From NCBI RefSeq assembly GCF_009914755.1, contig NC_060939.1: 64,000 bases of DNA. One strand, written 5' to 3'. Both the position numbers and the translations under genes were made by a program. Source of the stretch: the human T2T-CHM13v2.0 reference genome, Homo sapiens. This document shows, one piece after another, positions 1-64,000 of this stretch (its first letter is position 1; every line of letters begins with the position of its first letter). The notes beneath the pieces were generated by a model that had not been told where the DNA came from, did no database searches, and saw only the letters and a program-made list of their open reading frames with translations.

Positions 1-700
1 GTGCACAAGTTCCTTTGCAGAACATTGAGTTGAATTGCTAAGTCAGGAGATACCTTTAATTTTACTAGATAACTGTTGCCCCCAGCAGGGTGGGGTCTAC
101 TGTGGCTAAAATGTCAGGTAGATGCACACTGGTTTTAATTGGCATTTCCCTGGATACTGATGAGGTTGAGTAGCTTTTCATTTGTTTTGGATGGCTGGGC
201 ATGGTGGCTCACACCTGTAGTCCCAGCACTTTGGGAGGCTAAGCAGGGAGATTGCTTGAGGCGAAGAGTTCATATGTTTATTGGCCACTTGGAGTTTTTC
301 TGTTGTCAAGTGCCTGTTCAAGTTTTCTGGCCTTTTAAAATGTTCTGTATTTTCCTTAGTGATTTTTCTTTTGGATATTTCAGATACAAGTCTTTTGAGA
401 GTTAGTATTCAGAGTATCTTCTGCTACAATGTAGTTTGTTTCAGTCTCTCTTGGTATTACCAATTTTAATACTTAGGTGATGCTTACTCCATGCCAGGTA
501 AGGCTCAAAGTGCTTTACAAGTATCAACTTATTTTGATAAAATAAGCTTATCAGTAGTTTTCTTTATAGTTAAATTCTATTTGTGCATGTGTGTGTCTGT
601 GGTTTAGCAAATGTTTCCCACCCATGGGGTCTTTTTTATTGTGGTAAAATATACTGAACATAAAATTTATGTTCAATAAAAAACAAAAATTGTTTTTAAC
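1..700 (+). other. RCCD1: Probable distal 3' UTR / polyA region of the upstream convergent gene RCCD1
   Basis: AATAAA at 675-680 on +; identity rests on recalled gene order RCCD1-PRC1-VPS33B, no coding sequence in window. Confidence 0.4.
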
Positions 701-1359
701 CATTTTAAGTACATAGTTCAGTGACATTATATGCATTCACTGTTGTGCAACCGTCACCCCTATGCATTTCCAGAACTTTTTCATCATTCTATGCTGAAAC
801 TCTGTGCATTAAACACTTAACTCGTCAGTCTCCCCTTCCCCAGCCCCAGGCAACCACAGTCCTAACCTTCTGTTCCTATGATACTGTAAGTGCCTCATGT
901 AAGTGAAATCCCATAGTATTTGTCTTTTTATGACTGGCTTATCTCACTTAGCAGCATGTCCTCCAAGTTCATCCATGATGTAGCTTATGTATCTAGACTT
1001 CCTGCCTTTTAAAGGCTAAGATTCTGTTGTATGTATACACTGCGTTTTATTCATCCGTGCATTGGTGGATATCTGAGTTGTTCACTACAGTCAATAATGT
1101 TGCTGGGAACATGGGTGTACAACTCTCTTGAGTCTCTGCTTTCAGTTCTTTTGGATATATACCCAGAGTGGAATTGCTGGATTGTGTGGTAATTCTAAAT
1201 TTTTTTGAGGAACTGCCCTGTTTCCCACAGAGGCTGCATCATTTTACATCCCCACTGGAAGTGCACACAAATCCTAATTTCTCCACATCCGCGTCCACAC
1301 TTGTTTTCTATTTCTGGTTAACAGCCATCCTAATGGGTGTGAAGTGGTATTTCATTGTG

Positions 1360-1360
<1 letters not shown>
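630..1360 (-). mobile_element. Old LINE-1 (L1M) 3' fragment
   Basis: Typical antisense L1 3' UTR motifs (tgactggcttatctcacttagc, ggatatatacccagagtggaattgctgg). Confidence 0.75.
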
Positions 1361-3503
<2,143 letters not shown>

Positions 3504-3619
3504 CACACTCCTGACTAAAAATTTCCAGGAGGTCCTTTTAGTTTTTTGTGTTTGTTTTTCACACACAGACCAACCAACTAAAAAGTGACTGGGGAAAAAA
3601 AGGAAACACCACACTATAT

Positions 3620-4711
3620 CTTTTTGAAATGTAAGTATACAGATTTTAATTTATTTTTAAGAATAATTGTATATTTTAAAAACAGGACACGTACTGTATG
3701 AGTAAACAGCGTGGCTAACACCAAGTCCACACTGGTAAGCTTTTGAGAACCATTTACACTATGTTGACAGTAGTACTGCTGCAGGCAGACAGCGGAAGAA
3801 TAAATAATAGTGCTTCAAGAAGAGTAGTGATTGAGAGGATAGGTAAAGAGGGCGCCTCATCGTGGAAGCTAGAGCAGGAACACCTCCCCAGTAGTGACAT
3901 GTGCAAAGTTCCAGATCTCCACGACAAAGACAGCTCAACCCATTGGAACAAACAGACTCCCAATGTGGCTGGCAACTGCGGGGGTAGAAGAACTCAGGCA
4001 AAGTAGGCACAGGAATGGGGGAGATGAGAGCCAAGGGACAAACGCCGAGAAAGCGTTCCGACAAGCATGTGTGTTCATACATGCATACCCCCAACAAAGG
4101 GCAATGCACTGTGTAACAGAACTGAACACAATTTAACAAAGCTGCTCCCAGCCTTCCTGTCACCTCTTTGGCAGTAGGGCAGGCCATCTCAACTTCGGAC
4201 ACACAAAGACATTCTCTTCAGGAGGAAGGCTGTCCTGTGTGGTGGGGACAAGGCTTCAGGTAAGAGCAAAGCTATGATAGCTACAGCATTAATTGAACAT
4301 GCCTAAACAAAAAAGATGTTAATTACTAGTTACAGGTATACATGCCAAAATTACCCCCAGGGATGGGCATAGTCAATCATTTTCCTACAGTGGTGAAATA
4401 AAACAAGCTTTGATCATGCTTCAGCAAGTAGAATTATGTGGTAGAGAAGTCAGGCCCCATATGCTAAAATTTGCACTTCTTGCCATAAACTTTTCATGTA
4501 TATAAGTCAAAACCAAGTCTCCTAGGACCACTAAACCTATGATGGGCTTTCAACTGTAACACTCATTCACATCTTTAAGTTAGGCCCATGGTCATGGAAC
4601 CTGGCCAAGGTTTCAAGCACGCCTAAGCTGAAGAAAAACTAAAGTCACCCCCATATAATTAGGTCCAGTCTAGGCACAGGAAGCCACAGCTGGTTGACTG
4701 ATCAGGGCTTC
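3620..4711 (-). other. PRC1: PRC1 3' UTR (~1.1 kb)
   Basis: Unique sequence between stop codon (4712-4714) and polyA signal. Confidence 0.8.
3645..3655 (-). terminator. PRC1: PRC1 polyadenylation signal (AATAAA overlapping ATTAAA)
   Basis: plus-strand tttatt 3650-3655 and tttaat 3645-3650, followed on minus by GT/T-rich downstream element. Confidence 0.8.
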
Positions 4712-32000
<27,289 letters not shown>

Positions 32001-32132
32001 GGCGGACGCTCCAAGCAGCCGTGAGTCCAGGTCCAGACCTACTCCACACGGCCCCGAGAGCAACAACCACCCGCAAACACCGGCGATGTCACTCCGCGTA
32101 GCCGCTCCGCGAGCCGTTGAGCCCCGCAAAAT

Positions 32133-32146
32133 TTCAAACCGCGCCA
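32133..32146 (-). promoter_or_regulatory. CHR element (TTTGAA) with GC-rich CDE-like flank
   Basis: Minus strand tggcgcggTTTGAAa near TSS; typical DREAM/MMB-FOXM1 site of G2/M genes. Confidence 0.8.
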
Positions 32147-32166
32147 CGGGGCGAAGCCTCGTCGCG

Positions 32167-32171
32167 ATTGG
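32167..32171 (-). promoter_or_regulatory. CCAAT box (NF-Y)
   Basis: gattggc on +, ~30 bp upstream of CHR. Confidence 0.7.
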
Positions 32172-32287
32172 CGTCGCGTCCCGTCGCTCCAAGAAAATCC
32201 CCGCCCCTCGGGCTGAAGTCGCGGGTGCGCAATCGGGGTGGGGACTCGCGAGCAGGGCCTGGGAAGCGCCGGAGTGGCGGCGGGGGA

Positions 32288-32295
32288 TGACGTCA
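32288..32295. promoter_or_regulatory. Palindromic CRE (TGACGTCA)
   Basis: Perfect full CREB/ATF site in promoter. Confidence 0.7.
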
Positions 32296-33204
32296 CTGTC
32301 TGTGAGTGGCCGGGCGTGGCCTGCGCCTCCCGCTTCCCTGGCTTGGCGGCAGCCTCAAGGGACTCCTCTCCCAAGCCAGCTACCTCATCGGAGCGCCGCC
32401 CCGCCTCGCCCCGCGCAGTTTGGATTCGAAGTGCGCGGGCGGGGAGGGAGTTGAGAGCACCGCGGCTACCTGGCTTCCCTGAGTCCCGGCTGCCGGGAAC
32501 GGGCGCGGGGGTGAATAGGTAAGTTAGCGCCTAGTTTCCCTCGCTCATCCAAGAAGCGAAGCTTGGAATCGATCTTTGGTGGGACTCTTCCCCAGATGTA
32601 AGAAGCCATACACTAAAGGGGAAGGGAAGGAACATTGAGTCCTGCTCATGGGCCTGGAACGTTTCAACGCCAGTTATCCCATTTAACCTCCACAATCGCC
32701 ATTGCAGAGGAAACGCAAAAAGATTTGAATGATTTGCCTAAGTCACGTTATCAAATTAGATGAGTTTCTAAATCGTTACATGAAAAATTTAAAACTCAAA
32801 ATAGACATTACTTTTGTAGCCTCCTTTCCTCGATGAACATGTTACATCCCTAAATGCTTATATATCACCGTTTTTTCCCAGTGATTCATGGTGGCATGGT
32901 GGCATGAATCCTGGTGTGTAGATATCTCGCCCATTCTGCTATTGATATTTAGATGATAATTTAAAAGATAAGGCTGGGCTGAATATCTTCATACATAAAT
33001 CTTTGTGTATGTATGTATTTATAAATGCATCCTGCATTTTCGTACGGCTGATTCCTAGAGGTGTAATTACTGAATGCTCCCTTTATTAATTTGCCTTCTG
33101 CACAAAGCCTCACCGGAAAAGTACCCTCCTTTTGTTACCCTCAGCAGGGCTGAATTCTATTGTACTTCTAAACATCTTTGCTCATTTTGTAGGTAAAATA
33201 ATAA

Positions 33205-35804
<2,600 letters not shown>

Positions 35805-36275
35805 TATATTTCATCATTTTTAAAAGGTAAAGAGAGAGAGAAAGGCTACTAGCATCAGTAATGAGGAGGGTGCTGGCACATTTATAGGAGCACTGTTTGC
35901 TGATGCCTGAAATGGCTCTAATGGCACACAATCTTTCATTCTGCAATAAGAAACAAACGCTTAAAATTGAAGTGCCTCCTTAAATTAAAACAACAAAGTC
36001 ATTTTCTCAAAAATGTAATGAATCACAACATTTTAGAACTGGAAACGTGCTTGCTGGTCACCTCAGCCATCTCCCTCATTTTATGGTAGAGGAAACTCAG
36101 GTACAGAGTGGTAGAGTGATTTTTACAGGGAAGAACCAGACCAGGCCTGGAGCCACTACAAAGTCCAGGCCAAGAAGCACAGGAAGCCCCTGTAGCAAGC
36201 TCCAATGGGCTTTCACTAATAAAGATGGAAGTGCGTGTCCAGAACGACCAACGTATTACATCTGAGAGCAGAGGC

Positions 36276-36281
36276 TTTATT
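36276..36281 (-). terminator. VPS33B: VPS33B polyadenylation signal AATAAA
   Basis: plus-strand tttatt, ~280 nt after stop codon. Confidence 0.75.
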
Positions 36282-36557
36282 TACAATGACATTCAAACAG
36301 GATTTAGCAAAGGATGCCTCTTCCTGCTCGCATCTTAGCAGCATGGGTTGTACTTCATAAACAGAAAAGAGAAATATCCTGGGAGCAGGAAGTGAACTCT
36401 TTTCTCAGATAATGTTCTCTAAATCCCAACACGTTCCATGCTCCCGGCTCTTAGCAGGTAGTTGGTGGACACTTGGTTATAGCAGCTGGGTGCCAGATGC
36501 CTGCATCTCACTGAGGAATGTGTTCAGGGAAGATGTCAACACTGGCCGGGAAAAACA

Positions 36558-63940
<27,383 letters not shown>

Positions 63941-64000
63941 AGTTTGTGTTCTTTTAATAAACACTTGCATAGTTATATTACAATTTTGTAAAAATAAAAA

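Noticed and set aside
3743-4202. Several ORFs in the PRC1 3' UTR
   Set aside because: Mostly non-ATG starts, no recognisable homology, both strands equally open

Overview
Human (primate) genomic DNA from the PRC1 / VPS33B locus (15q26.1), about half interspersed repeats and very Alu-dense. Both genes could be rebuilt exon by exon on the minus strand with canonical GT-AG junctions and intact frames. VPS33B has 23 coding exons (59837->36558, 1854 nt, 617 aa, Sec1/Munc18 family). PRC1 lies downstream in tandem with 15 coding exons (32000->4712, 1863 nt, 620 aa, MAP65/Ase1 family), with visible alternative C-terminal splicing (606 and 566 aa forms). Both have CpG-island promoters: CHR/CCAAT/CRE at PRC1 and an inverted ETS pair at VPS33B. 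Also present are plus-strand splice and polyA signals fitting the antisense RNA PRC1-AS1, a HERV-K(HML-2) LTR5 solo LTR, a Y3 RNA retrocopy, a 29-bp G-rich VNTR, Tigger3/MER20/MLT1/MST elements and a degenerate T-rich repeat at the right end. Nearly all other ORFs in the supplied track are Alu/L1 or antisense artefacts. I see no evidence of a new multi-gene system. The most interesting observations are small-scale: a 37-bp palindromic tandem array inside an Alu, other fold-back repair scars, a possible LTR-assisted poison exon in PRC1, and antisense, divergent and read-through transcription potential. Gene names and literature facts are from memory and were not checked against databases.
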